From Cycas panzhihuaensis (Eukaryota; Plantae; Cycadophyta), in the NCBI GenBank assembly GCA_023213395.1, contig CM041465.1:136159741-136223740 (forward strand): a stretch of DNA of 64,000 nucleotides, given 5' to 3'. Below, piece by piece: positions 28,834 through 41,730 of the stretch. How positions within the stretch are numbered: position 1 is the first letter of the stretch; every line of letters starts with the position of its first letter. The translations under genes were made by a program, and so were the position numbers. The notes beneath the pieces were generated by a model, which made no database searches, was not told the DNA's origin, and saw only the letters and a program-made list of their open reading frames with translations.

Positions 28834-30944
28834 GGCGGTGTGAAAAGATGAATAAGAGTGATATATATAAATATGTATGAAAATGCACTAAGTAGAAGAA
28901 GGTGGAGTCACTGACACTTGTGATAGGTCTACTTGACGCAGCAGGGAATAATGAAGTAATACAATGTAAGATGTGGAAACAAAGAGATCACAAATAAGTA
29001 TGTGATGTAAGTGATCTAATCAAGATAAGTGAGAAGGCCTATATAGAAGTCGGCATGTGGGTGCACACAACTAATAACCAAAGTGATGTAGGATGTGTAA
29101 CAAACCCAAACCTCTAACTTGTGTCCAAAGTAGGTGAGGTGTCGATGCCTAGGGGGGTTTCTAGTATATGTAATTAATGGCTTTCACCCGCGATACTTGC
29201 ATCGTTCCTTGGTGATGAAATCCAAGTAAATGTGGAGCCCAACTACTACCAGTCCTCACCTCGTTCACTAATGAGCAGCGATATACTCTCCGAAGAGAAG
29301 TACGTGCATGTTCCACGGCTATGACGGATATTGGCCCAGCTAAATTAATTATCTTGATTAAGAGTTTTTAGTTTTCCCAGATGGTTGTCAAGATAATTCC
29401 TGATTGGAGGCCGTAGGTATGGCTAATCTGTCCCTTCACCACTGTATCGGTTATGACCAGACCCAGTATAAAATTCACACCTCCCTTAGGGCCTGGATTT
29501 CGGCCAACCTTGGTCTATTTCAACCAAGGCGAGTATGCGCACAAGTCAAGAATTGGCGGTATAAAGTCGTTGAGATGAGTTGATTTTAAGGAAAGTGCTC
29601 TTGTTTTCGAATCACATGTAAAAATAACTGAAAATTGAATGTAAATGCTCAAGTGTTGTCGCTGTGTCCAAGTGTAGTGATGATGTGTCCACCTAGTTAC
29701 CAAATGACACTCTGTGCCCAAATGGCGCTCAATGAGGTCTCCAAGTGCATGCAATCATTAAAATCATACACATATGATGAGCCAAATCATCGGATATTGC
29801 TCCGATCCAGATGATTGACTAGTACAAAGGATTTAAATGCATTGTTCGTTTTATAAAAGGGCCAAAATAGGCCTCCAAAAGCCAAAAAGGTTATAAATGT
29901 TTTCAAAAAAACCCTCTTACATGCCATTTTTTTTTTTTTAAATGAAGGAGAAAAATATCAAAATTTCAGAAATATAATGTACGCTAAAAAATCAAATTTT
30001 CAGCAAGTCAAGTCTGTTGTTGGGCAGACTGTACCGTCTATTGTTTTGCTATATGGCACAAATTTGAAAAAAAAAAAAAAAATTGAAAATTTTCAGATTT
30101 GTTGCCCTTCACCTGCATTTTACAAGTATACAAATTTTTTTGAAAAATCTTATAAAAAAAGGCAAAAAAGCCTATTTTAGCTCGCGGCCAAAATGTACTG
30201 GAAAACCCAACGGAGCATCGGATTTCTGCGAGACCTGTGTCAAATGATAGATCGGGATGAGGAGATCCGAAAACATGTATTACAACAAGAAAAAACTCCT
30301 CAGATTTTTTTAAATCTGAGATTTTTAAATTTGGAGGGTGACTGCATAAAATAGGGTATTTAACCCCTTTAACTTCAAAATCTCGCATCACTCCAGTAGA
30401 CAAAAGTGCTTATGAGGCTAAAATGCACCTACTGGTGAATTTTTGTGCGATTCTGAGCACTTTGATTTTTTGACTGTACCGTTGTACGAAATTTCACACA
30501 GTCCGTACAATGTCCATAAGATTTGATTTTATACTTCAAAATCTGTTTCTGATCAATGAAAATCACTGATTTCTTCTTCTACAACCTTGAAATTTGACTT
30601 TCACTGCAAAATGGGCCAAAAAGAGACAAAAAATGTTAGATTTGGGGCTAAAAAGGATGGCTGAAAATTGCTATAAGATGAGCAATTCCTATGCTCTTTT
30701 AGGCCTGCAAATAGGCTGCTTTTAGGCAACCGCACTCCTTCTTTTCATCTACAGAAATAAAATAGTACAATAACATACAATTTTGTACTAAAAATCTGCT
30801 ATAAAAAGAGCTTTAAAAATTGATGTTAAAAAAAAATCTCAACTCTTCACTTCACATGAATGGTGAAGAAGAGGAGAAAATAGCTTGCAATCTCCTTGCA
30901 AGTGAGTGTGGCACTAGGATCCTCCCAATGGCTCTGATACCACT

Positions 30945-31263
30945 TGTTGAGGGAATGGATCTAGGGATCTAGTGCACTAACACTACACAATGACAAATAG
31001 TGGACACAAGCACAATGTACTCAACAAGAGAAATGCTAATAGCTTGAGCTCAAAGAGGAGAAGTGTAGAATATGATCACTCTCCATGTAATTTCAACTTA
31101 TATAATGAGAATGTTCATTGGGGTTTGGAATTTGAGTTTTCCCTCCCAATGACATTCAAATGAGATTACATGAAATTACAACGAAATGAATTTCATGTCA
31201 TTTCATTGAAGTGATTTAAGCATAGTCACGTTATCCTAAAGTTACAAATATAAAAGTGACTTT
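30945..31263 (-). repeat. Copia-1 5' LTR (distal ~50 bp missing)
   Basis: Matches 23473-~23790, then switches to the Gypsy LTR. Confidence 0.9.
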
Positions 31264-31970
31264 TGTGTGCGCCTTTTACTAACTGTCTTAACGTGCAATA
31301 ATTCATAAAGAAAAAGACGCACATTGGGTGAAAACATCAAGAACTGTTATTCATGACAAAGGCATTGCGTCTGGTTCTCTCACAACCGCATCTTGGAAAC
31401 TAATAACCTGGCCTGGACCCACGTTGGTCGGCCGAATGCCAATCGGATGTCCGAATTACACACGTTCATACATGATCTCGATTCTTAGTTTTATGTGCGG
31501 CGGTGTACGGTTACATAAGATTTCAAAGCTTGTCCTAACTAATTTGCATTGCCGTGTCGCCCATAGTCCGCCACGACCTAGTTACCCATGGTCCGCCCGA
31601 GTTGCGGCCGCCACTTCACCATTGCGATCGTAGCGATTACGATTGCGCCTACAAAGACCGGATTCGTGGTAGTCGCGATCACCGCGGCGGTAGCAATCAC
31701 ATCGCGATTGCTACGATGCGAGCGTAGTCACGGTAGCAATAAACACGGCGGTCGAATGCGATCGCAGCAGCGGCAGAATCGCAATCACAATCGCAGCGAT
31801 AACGATCGTAGCGGCGGCGAATCTGATCACGATCGCGGCCCCATCAATAACGATCCACGGCAACATCGATGCGCGATTCTGGTAATTCTGATCATTCCTT
31901 CAAAAGTGGCTGTTAACCAGCACACATCTTCTCGGTCACCTCTTTTGACCGAGTAACATACTCGTTCACA
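31264..31970 (-). repeat. Gypsy-2 3' LTR (contains GC-rich short-repeat tract)
   Basis: TGTGTGCG..CGTTCACA termini; homologous to 40527-41243. Confidence 0.85.
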
Positions 31971-31992
31971 AAAATTTCAATTATTACTCTAC

Positions 31993-34141
31993 TTAATTTC
32001 TTCTTTGAGCCTCCTTAATTTTCATTCTTTCCTTTCGTATATATTCCATTTCTGGTTTTGCTATGTGAGGAGGTATTTTCAATCCATTTCTTCTCAGATA
32101 TTCACATAACATAGCCACATCTTGCATAGTATCCAGTAGTGCTAAGGTTGGTTTTTCCCCCGATTGTAGCTGATCAATTTCTTGATTGAGCTCAATATTA
32201 ACTCTTTCTGTTAACTCTAAGTGATCTCTGTATGCATTACGTTCTTTCCATAGACTTTTGCACCGTTTCGTTTTTTTATCTGCCTTTATGATCCATTCTC
32301 CCAGCCAGTGATAGATTGGCTGCATATTTGCCGGAATGTACCTATCAAATCTCCTTTTGAACTCCTCCACCTGCGGTCTGACCTCATTTATGTCGTCCAC
32401 CCAATCCATTATAAACTTTTTTAAAGAATCCAACTTCTCCTTTGTAATTTGATGAATCTATTTTAGGGATTCTTCTGGTGGCTTTGCCCTACTTTCTAAT
32501 TCTGTAACCAACTGCCTTGTTACTTTTGCTAAAAATGTTGTCCTCCAATTTGTTATATCCTGGGCGTCGCATTCCATTGGGTCTAACCCTTCTTCCAAAA
32601 TTTCCTTGTCTACGTTAAACTCTACTTCAGGTGGCTGATTATTGAACTTTTCTATTATTTCCTTCTTCCTTTTTTATTGAGCCAGCCTTCTTCTTTTCTG
32701 CCTTTGTTCTTCATCTTCTATTATTATCGTTTCCTCAACTCTTCCTTCTCCTCCTTCCTCCTCCATTAGTTCTGATTTTGGAACCTTGAGTATTTCTTCT
32801 CTTAATGAACTGGCTCCTTTCTCCCAGTTCACCTTTTCTTTTCCTTTCTGAGTCATGTCTTCAGTATTCTCGGCATTACTTGATGCATTTGATACAATTT
32901 CTGTATCCAGTATTGAACCTGCCCCTGTTCTTTTTCCCAGTCATCTTCGTTGTCATCTGTCGAACAAGCCAATGGTGACTGTTCCCTATTGCCCTTTGGC
33001 ATGCTGATTTCTGGACATTGAAATAACAACCCTTGAAGGATAGTTACATAATAAAAGGGAACAGTCTTCTTTGGATTCCGTACTGCAGACTTATCTGTAT
33101 CTTTTCTTTCACAGACTTTGCCCAATTTAAAACTCTTCCTTGGGCAACTTGATTCACCATTGTTCTTATATTACTAGGTACAAATGTGCTCTTTTGAGTA
33201 AGCACAATTTTGGTAAAAATAAAATGTGCTATAAAACGTTTTTCTGGGGCTCGTATCCCTGCTATTCTTATACCTGAAGTAGAAGCGTCTTTGCTTTCTG
33301 CCCCAATAATTCTTGCTGCTTCTTCCCGAGATATCAAAGTATCTCTCCGGATTTCTGCGCCTTCTTTTGGAAGTCCTGTTGCCGCTGCTATCATTTCCTT
33401 CGAGATTTGTATCATCTCCAGATATTTGGCTAATAATGGAAGCGTCGTCTGTAAAAACTTTTCTGCGTTAGGCAGAATTCTAACCATGATAAATTTCTGC
33501 AATTCCGCTTTTATAATAAGCTTTCTTCTTTCGTCATCATCTCTCATAGTTTGCCATTCTGCACGTACCCTAAAGTCGTCACTTTCTTTAATTAATAGTG
33601 TTTGCGGCATTTTCCTTAAAACTTGTACCTACTACTCTTGTGAAATCCTTTCGCAATTCTGCTCTTCCGGAATCTTTCGTCACTGCTGCAATCGTGACTA
33701 CTATTTCTGCGAATTCACTTTCATGCAATGCGACTGCTTCTGCGACCGTCGTTGCTACCTCCTGGCTATTCTCGCTAGCTCGCAACCTTCTGCTACCTCT
33801 GCTATTCTGCTTGCCTCTCGCAATCTTATTTGTCTCGCAACCTTGGCTTGTCTCAGAACCTTCTTTGTCTCCGACCCACGATTTTATTCGTCTCTCGTTT
33901 CTCTGACTTCAAATCATGTCTCTCTCCGCTTGTACCTTTCTGCTTTCCTTTACGCACAATCTTTGTTATACTTCTTCCCGTGCCGTATAAATTCCGAATT
34001 CCATGGGTTGTTTCCCCGCCGTTGTTTTGCAATTTCGGCTGTTTCACAGCCTTCTCTTTCCGTGTGCCGTACCGCATTTCTCTTCATCATAACTAGGCAG
34101 TTATGGAAGATAGTTATGCGTCCTATCCGCGCTTTTCGCAC
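31993..34141 (-). pseudogene. Extra ORF downstream of pol (fragmented; plant-transposon-protein-like domain, acidic linker, coiled coil)
   Basis: Collinear ORFs 33044-33610 (ISKEMIAAATGLPKEG..GRVLNWAK), 32853-33125, 32674-32856 and 31993-32433, in the same sense as pol. Confidence 0.65.
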
Positions 34142-34277
34142 CTTCTGCCTCTCTTAATCATACCTGATTAAGACAGTTGCATCTAATCGCACTTTCTTAC
34201 GTGCTTATACGGCCCATCAGTCTTAACTCGGGATAATTGTTCCTTAGTTAATGATGTTCTCACCCTTTTTTTTTTAC

Positions 34278-37200
34278 TTACATTCTATACAATTTTAACC
34301 TACTGCCATTGAGTAGTTTAGTCAATGGCTGTCCATCTAATTGTTGTAATTTAACAACTCCATTATCATGAATATAATCAATTCTATATGGACCTAACCA
34401 TCGTATTTTCATTTTGCCTAGTTTAAACTTGAATTTACTATCATACAATAATACCAAATCATTTACCTTGAAGTCGGGTCTTTTAAGGTGGCGGTCGTGC
34501 CATGCCTTTCGCCTTTTCTTTTCCACTTTTATCTCCCACAATGCTCGTGCTCTAGTCTCGTCCAACTTCATTAATTGAATCAGTATTTGATCATATGAAA
34601 TTTTTGGGTCTGCCCTGAGATGTTGAGCCACTCTCAAGCTTTCCGCTTGAAATTCTAAGGGAACCACAGCTTCCAATCCGTAAACCAGTTGAAATGGGGT
34701 CTGTTTGTGCGATCTTTTCTTCATCGTTCTATCTGCCCATAGGACTGAATGCAATTTTTTTGCCCAATCAGTTCGTTGTCCATTGCAAATTTTAGTCAAG
34801 GCAATCTTCAGGATTTTATTTGTACTTTCTACTTGACCATTTGCTCTAGGATAATATGGCGAAGACTTGCCATGTTGAATAAAAAATTTCATGGTCAGGT
34901 ATTTGATTGTCTGATTTAAAAAGGCACTTCCTTGTTCTGATACAATTTCCAAGGGACATCCGAATCTTATTATGATAACTTCATATAAGAAACGGGCTGT
35001 GCTTCTTGCATCACATTTCTTCATTGGTTTAGCCTCGGTCCATTTGGTCAAGAAATCTGTGGCCACCAATATATATCTCGCATTTGTCCTTCTGGCTGGA
35101 GGACTAATTGGTCCTACGAAATCCAATCCCCATTTTTCAAATGGAGCTTGGGCTACTATAGGATGAAGAGGCATAAAATTCTGCTTTGATGGCTTCCCTG
35201 CATGTTGACAGATATCACAGGTTTTTACCCACTTTTCAGCATCTTCAAATAGTGTTGGCCACCACAACCCTGCTGTCAATATTTTTCTTGCTGTGGCTTC
35301 TCCTCCATGATGGGATGAAGCTATCCCTTCATGGGCTTCCCTTAAGATTGGCTTTACTTCATGTTGAAGTATACACCTCCGTAAAACTTCATCAGGTCCT
35401 AGCTTATATAACATACCACCTATCAATTGGAATGGAAAGGTTTTTTTAATAAAACTTCTCCTTTCTGCGTTTTCCAATCTTCGAGGTGTTTGTCCTGTAG
35501 CTAGATATTCTGCAACTCCCTCGTACCAGGCTGGAACGACTTCAATTGAGAATAATTTATGATCTGGAAAGTCGTCAAACACTCCTTCACCTGACTCTCC
35601 TTTTATTCTAGACAACTGATCTGGTATAACATATTTTTCTGCTTTCTTAACTACAATCTTGAACATGAATTCTTGGAATAGCATTAGCCAGCGACTAATC
35701 CTTCCCTGCAAGATTGGTTTATTAACTAAATACTGCAAAGCCTAATGATCTACAAAAAACACAAAGGGATTTGCCAACAAATAATGTCGAAACTTTTGCA
35801 AGGCATATACCATGCCTAATCCTTCATGTTCTGTAACTGCATAGTTACGTTCTGCAGATGACAACTTCCTGCTGGCAAAAATAATAGGGAGATCAATTTT
35901 CTCATTTGCTGGTTGAGCCAACACACAGCCAATGGCATATAGTGATGCATCCACATGTACATGGAACGGTTTGTTCCAATCTGGAGACTTGAGTATAGGG
36001 GCTTCCACTATCTTTTTCTTCAAAGCATCAAAAGATAGTTGCTGTCGCGTCGTCCATTCCCATTTGATTGTTTTCTTCAACAAGGACTCCAAGGGATAGG
36101 CTATCTGAGCATACCCTTTTATGAATTTCCGATAATATCCAGTCATACCCAAAAAACCTTTCAACTTCTTCGGGTTTTGAGGTATTGGAAACTTCAGAAT
36201 TACTTCCACCTTGGTCGGGTCTGTCATCAATCCTTCCTTGGAGACAATGTGTCCCAACAAGGATCCAAATGGTACCATAAAGGTATATTTGTCTGGGTTT
36301 AGGCACAATCTATGTTCTCTACATAATTCCAGCATTAACTTTAGTTGGAGCAGGTGATCTTGTAATCGACTGTACAAAGTCCAATCATCCGGAAACACCT
36401 CAATTGCTTTCCCTAGCAACTTCTTGAAGATTTTTAGAATAATCCTCCGAATGTCATAGAGTATTTGTCAGCCCAAATGGCATGACCCTATATGCATAAG
36501 TGCCCCATTCTGTAACGAATGTTGTCTTTAACTGATCTTCTGCTGCGATCTGGACTTGATTGTATCCACTGAACCCATCTGTAAATGAAAAAATTTCATG
36601 CCCTGCTACCTTTTCCAACACATCTTTTGTGAAGGGAATAGGAAATGGATCTTTTTTTGTGGCTTTATTTAAAGCCCTATAATCCACGCAAATGCGGAGC
36701 TTCCCGTTCTTCTTCGGTACCACCACCACCGGGTGACCCATTCATTGCTTTCTACTTCAAAAATATAACCGACTTCCAAAGAACTTATCCAACTCCATTT
36801 TCACTCGTTCTTTGTAATGTGGGTTCATCCTGTAAGGTCTTTGCCTTACTGGTCTTACATTTTCCATTAACTCTATTTTATGTTCACCCACTTCTGGAGG
36901 GATTCCTTTCAGATCCTTGTAGGACCATGCAAAAACATCTTTGAATTCCCGAAAAAGCAATGTTGCTTTTTGCATTATCTCGGGCTCCCAATAATCACCT
37001 ATTTGTATCCATTTTGGACTTCCTTCCGTTCCAACATTAATGGATTTGAGTTGGAGTTTTCTCCCTTGTATTGTTTTCCCATCTGGGTTCAATTCATAGT
37101 AGGTGTTTCACAAATTTCCTTATATCCATATTCTGTAACAGAATATGTTTGGGGAAAGTTTCTTACTACTTCTTGATTCGATTGACAACTATTTTCCGTT

Positions 37201-40200
37201 TCTACAAAGGAGACATTCCCATTTATTTTTGCCACATTACCAGACAATTCATACAGACAATTGTGCTGAATTTTATTACAAGTGGAAGTTACAACATTTT
37301 CTTTGGAATTATCTATTGCAAAGTTACCTTTTCTACTTGGTTCAATTTCATCTGGATATAACTCCATAAGATAACATCTTAAGGATTTTTCTCCTGTTTC
37401 CTCCCAAGCAGACTACAACCAATCCAGCAAATATGTAGATGAAGCCTCGCTTGCCATTTGTGGAGTGGTCTTCAGGGCTTGGAATGCCGTTTCCATACAA
37501 GGACTTATCATAGAAGCTCGATGCAGTTGTTGAGGACAATCTATCATCATCTTCTACTTTTTCAATCTATGGTCCATTTGAGCAAAAGAGGCAATACGAC
37601 TTTCTTTCCTGCGGAATATAAAGTGAAAGTCAGCTTTCCCCAATCTTTCAAGGCCTCTGTTGCCATGACCATGGTCGCCCTAGAGTGCGGATATGTTTTA
37701 TTATGATCCTGCATTCTTACAACTGCAAAGTCTAAGCAAACCGTAATTCACGCCTTTATTCTTTGGGATATTCAGTAAAGATCCCATTGGTCGAACTTGC
37801 AACTGGTTGGCTAACCGTATTGCATAGTTTGGGGAAACCAATTTTGGCTGTCCCAATGAAATCCATGTGGATTCAGGAAGCACATTTACTCCTGATCCTC
37901 CATCCACTACTGTTTTACATATCATTGTTCCAAACAAAATCATTGGAACTCTTGGATCAATTACATCCATCTTTGTAGTTCGTAACACTGGCTTTTCCAT
38001 GTAATCTAAAAAATAACCAGCTTCCCACCATTTAAAGATAATGGTTATAGGAATAGATATACCTGATTCCATTAATAACTCTTTTATCTCTTGCAATTTT
38101 TGCCACGGATTTTTTTCCAATTGCTCTTCATATACTGGTGGTCGCCTTTGTACACTTGTCCTTTAAATCGGTTTGTTTGTTCCAATTCGTCTATCTGCAC
38201 CGTCCTTGTAGCCTCTTGTATGGCTTTGACAGCCTCCTGCAATCTTTCTTTCTCCACTGCTGCATCTGGAAAGTTACTGCTACTTGTTGTGTTTACCATC
38301 TTTCCGCTTCTTGTTTGAATATATACTAGCTTCTCCTTATCTGGAATTTTTGTAGCCAGATTTGAAGTTTGTATTTTCAGGCCAGAATTCTTTGGGCAAT
38401 TTGCCCATTCATGGTCTGCCGGCCCACATTCTTCACAAATATAGTTTTTTCCTTGCTTCTGCAATGGACAATCTGTCCTGAAATGTCCCCATCATGAACA
38501 CAAATGACAGTGGACTGGCTTCGTCTTTCCTTTATGTTGTTTGAAAGAAGGATTTTCTTTCTTTTGATAAAAGGATTCCCTTACTGGATTTCTGTGGTAA
38601 CATTCCCACGTATAGTGGTTTCCTCTTTTACAAATTTTGCACCATTTCTTTTCTGTCTGCTGATGTTCATTCTTAAAGTGGCTTGGTTGTCCACACGGAG
38701 GGGGGCACCATATATTTTCTCTGGATTTCCCCATTTTCAACTTGGCTATCTCCATTCTTAATTTTTCAATTTTTTCATCTCGCTGATTTGATTCAACAGG
38801 TATTCCAAAAGATTGTTGTTTCAACAGCTCTACTTCTTTTTTCAAGGCTTCAATTTCTAGTTTTGTGGTTCCCAGGGGCAGAAACATTTGCCCAAAATTT
38901 TGGGTTCCATTCTGCAGTTGTGCTGTCCTCATTTGATTTTCGAAGCGTAATGCTAATTCCTTAACTTCCTCATAACTATTCAGAGGATGAAACATGATTT
39001 TTTCTTTTAAATGGGGCAGCAATCCTTGCACGAAGTATTTCAAGGACAGCATTGGATTCATTGGCATAAGGGGGTCCATTTTATTAAAACTGATTTTAAG
39101 TCTTCCATCAAAATCATTAACGGACTCACTTGGTATTTGTCTGATTTCTTCTAGAGCCTGGAATATCGACATTGGATCTTTCAGCCGCTGAAATCTGTCC
39201 AGGAATTGTGTCTAGACCACTTCCCACGTAGGATTCGTCTTTGCTACATATTGGTACCAGGCGATTGCTGTTCCTCGCAATGTAGAGAAAAATCTTGCCT
39301 TTATTTCCTCTGGATCTTTAATCTTTTTGATTTTCAGCATGTTGGAGAATAAGGCCAAATGATCTCCAAGATCTCCCGGGCCGTCAAATTGTAAATGCCC
39401 GAACATGGCATCGTTCTGAACTATTACATATGGAGAAATCGTTTGGTTTCCTCCTCCTATTCCACTGCCTTGCGCCATATTCGTCGGACCTGTAGATTCT
39501 GGTCCAGTTATGTTCAATTCTCCTTCACTTCTTTCTTGACTCAAAATTGTACTTTCTGGGCTTTCTTCCATGAGTGATGAACCTGAAAAGATCCGAGTCA
39601 TTCTATACAATGGATTTAGTACATGGGAATGGATTTCTTTTACCTCCAATATATAACAGTCCCACCCTACTGTGGTTGTACTGTATATCTCTAAATTAAT
39701 TATCTTTCCTTCTTCTATGCCCATCTGTTTTTCTACAGATTCTAGCAATTCACTTTTTTGGTTCTCTTTTCGTTCCAGTAATGAATCCTCAGGCTGTGAC
39801 AGGTTTCCTTGATCTCCTTCAAGTTCCAGCCCTTCTTCTTCAATTCTTTTTTGGCTCCAATCTCCAAGTTGGTTTTTTGCCAAATTCTGGAAATCTCTGT
39901 CTTCTTTCAGCCTTTTATTTTTCTTGAAATTTAGTTCTTGCTGGTTTATAAACTCTGAATTCTGCTGATTTTCCAGCCAATTCTCATCTTCTTCCAGGCT
40001 TAAACCTTGCTGGTTTATTTGCCCTTCACCCTGCTGATTCCCCAGCAGGTTTCCCTCTTCCTCTTCAGTGTTCTGAAAACATTTATGTACAGAATTATAA
40101 TTTTCTTCAGAGATTTCCCATTGTTTCTGCTTCAACTGAATCTCTTCACATTTTTGAAAATCATTTTCTTCTTCTTGGCTGAATATCTCCTGTATTGGCT

Positions 40201-40333
40201 TTGCTTTCTCCTCTAAGGTCTTTTTTATAATTTTCTTTCCTTTCTCTAGCTGTCCCTTGTCCTCCTGGGCTTCTCTCTCTTTGCCGTCCCCGCTTATAAG
40301 GTGTGGTCCGCTTTCTTCCCGCCGCCTTCCCAA
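34278..40333 (-). pseudogene. Gypsy-2 gag-pol (disrupted; integrase ORF 34278-35738 largely intact)
   Basis: Gag (FFSTLRGTAIAWY, Cys/His knuckles), PR (VDGGSGVNV), RT (LRICVDYRALNK, DGFSGYNQ, VMPFGL), RH (VDASLYAIG), INT (H-H-C-C, KWGLDFVGP, YYPRANGQVE, WLGPY). Confidence 0.93.
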
Positions 40334-40526
40334 CCGATTTCTTCATCGGTTTTCTCTCCGGTTCCTCGGGTCTACGATACCCTCCGGCTTCTCTTGCGTC
40401 CAGTACGGCTTCGTTCTTCTCTTGACTTGACCTTTCTCAACGAGTCAGCCCTAGGTGGCATGGACAGCTTCTGACCTCAGCATCTCATTCTTTCTTGGTT
40501 AGGAAAAACCGGCAACGGAACCAAGA

Positions 40527-41243
40527 TGTGTACGCCTTTTACTAACTATCTTAACATGCAATAATTCATAAAGAAAAAGACGCACATTGGGTGAAAACAT
40601 CAAGAACTGTTATTCATGACAAAGGCACTGCGTCTGGTCCTCTCACAACCAGACGCATGCCGGCTAATTACAACTGGCTGTCCCAACGTGGGTCCAGCCC
40701 AGGCCAATCAGATGTCCAGAAATTACACACGTTAATACATGATCTCGATTCTTAGTTTTATGTGCGGTGTACGATTATATAAGCGTTTCAAGCTGTTGTC
40801 CTAACTAATTTGCCGTTGCTGTTCGCCCATAGTGCACTCGCGACCTAGTTACCCACGGTCTGCCCGAGTTGCGGTTGCCACTTCATCGTTGCGATCGTAA
40901 CGCGATTCTGATTACATAACTATAACACCAGCAGTCGCGGTAGTCGCAGTCACCGCAGCAGCAACAATCACATCGCAATCGCTATAGCAGCAGATGTAGT
41001 CACAGTAGCAATAACCACAGCAGGTCGGAATGTAGTCGCAGCAACAACGAGTCAAAACGCAGTCGCAACAGCAGTAACCACAGTCGCAATCGCAGTGATA
41101 GATCGTAGCGGCGGCAGATCTGATCATGACCCCATCAATATGATCACTCCAACATTAGTAGCGATTCAGAAGTTACGGATCATTCCTTCAAAAGTGGCTG
41201 TTAACCAGCACACATCTTTCCGGTCACCTCTTTTGAATGCACA
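40527..41243 (-). repeat. Gypsy-2 5' LTR (right end 41236-41243 uncertain)
   Basis: Begins TGTGTACG next to the PBS; homology to the 3' LTR stops at 41236. Confidence 0.82.
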
Positions 41244-41392
41244 TATCTTGTTTTTTATGGATGCACTGTTGAATCTCTCCTAGCTTTCTGAAGCATAATA
41301 ATGTCTGATTTCATCCTAATGCGAAGATCCCTAACTGCTCTTTCTTTGGAGGGGGCATTTAAACCCCTCACATTCCATGAGATGATCGTCAT
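41244..41392 (-). pseudogene. L1 ORF2 N-terminus (APE endonuclease start), truncated
   Basis: MTIISWNVRGLNAPSKERAV..DIIMLQK matches the conserved SWNVRG..LQE start. Confidence 0.85.
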
Positions 41393-41730
41393 CTTTTACT
41401 TCTTAATTTAGGTCCCTCTAGCTGGGCTTCTTTAAGGGTGTGCTGGCTTCCCTGATCAACCTATGAAGTTGCCTCCCTTTCTCTTATCATTCTTAGGGTA
41501 GGCCTCCTCGCCCTTCTTTCTTCCCCTAGATCTGGGCCTTTTTGGCCCCCATAACTTCTCTGCTTCTCCTGGACTTCCTTCTCTATTCCTTTTACTGAGA
41601 GATCTTCTTGTATCTAATCCACTGACCTCTTTTGCTCAGGAGGAGGGGCACTACCGTCTAGGTCTCTACCCTCTCTGGAATGTTCTCCTTCATCCTTCTT
41701 TTCTATGGTTGCTTGGTTGGCACTAACTTC

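Larger units (their letters stand above)
23473..31263 (-). mobile_element. Ty1/Copia LTR retrotransposon (Copia-1) inserted in the L1; 5' LTR truncated by a Gypsy
   Basis: LTRs 23473-23839 and 30945-31263 (~94% identical). PBS-Met GCTCTGATACCA at 30931-30942. PPT complement at 23840-23850. Gag-PR-INT-RT-RH order. Confidence 0.93.
31264..41243 (-). mobile_element. Non-chromovirus Ty3/Gypsy element (Gypsy-2) with an extra 3' ORF
   Basis: LTRs 31264-31970 and 40527-~41243. PBS TGGTTCCGTTGCCGG on the minus strand (40509-40523), resembling the Athila tRNA-Asp-type PBS. gag-PR-RT-RH-INT order. No TSD. Confidence 0.9.

Noticed and set aside
33210-34157. 315-aa plus-strand ORF
   Set aside because: Antisense shadow of the Gypsy-2 extra ORF; Ser/Leu/Phe-rich with no recognisable motif.
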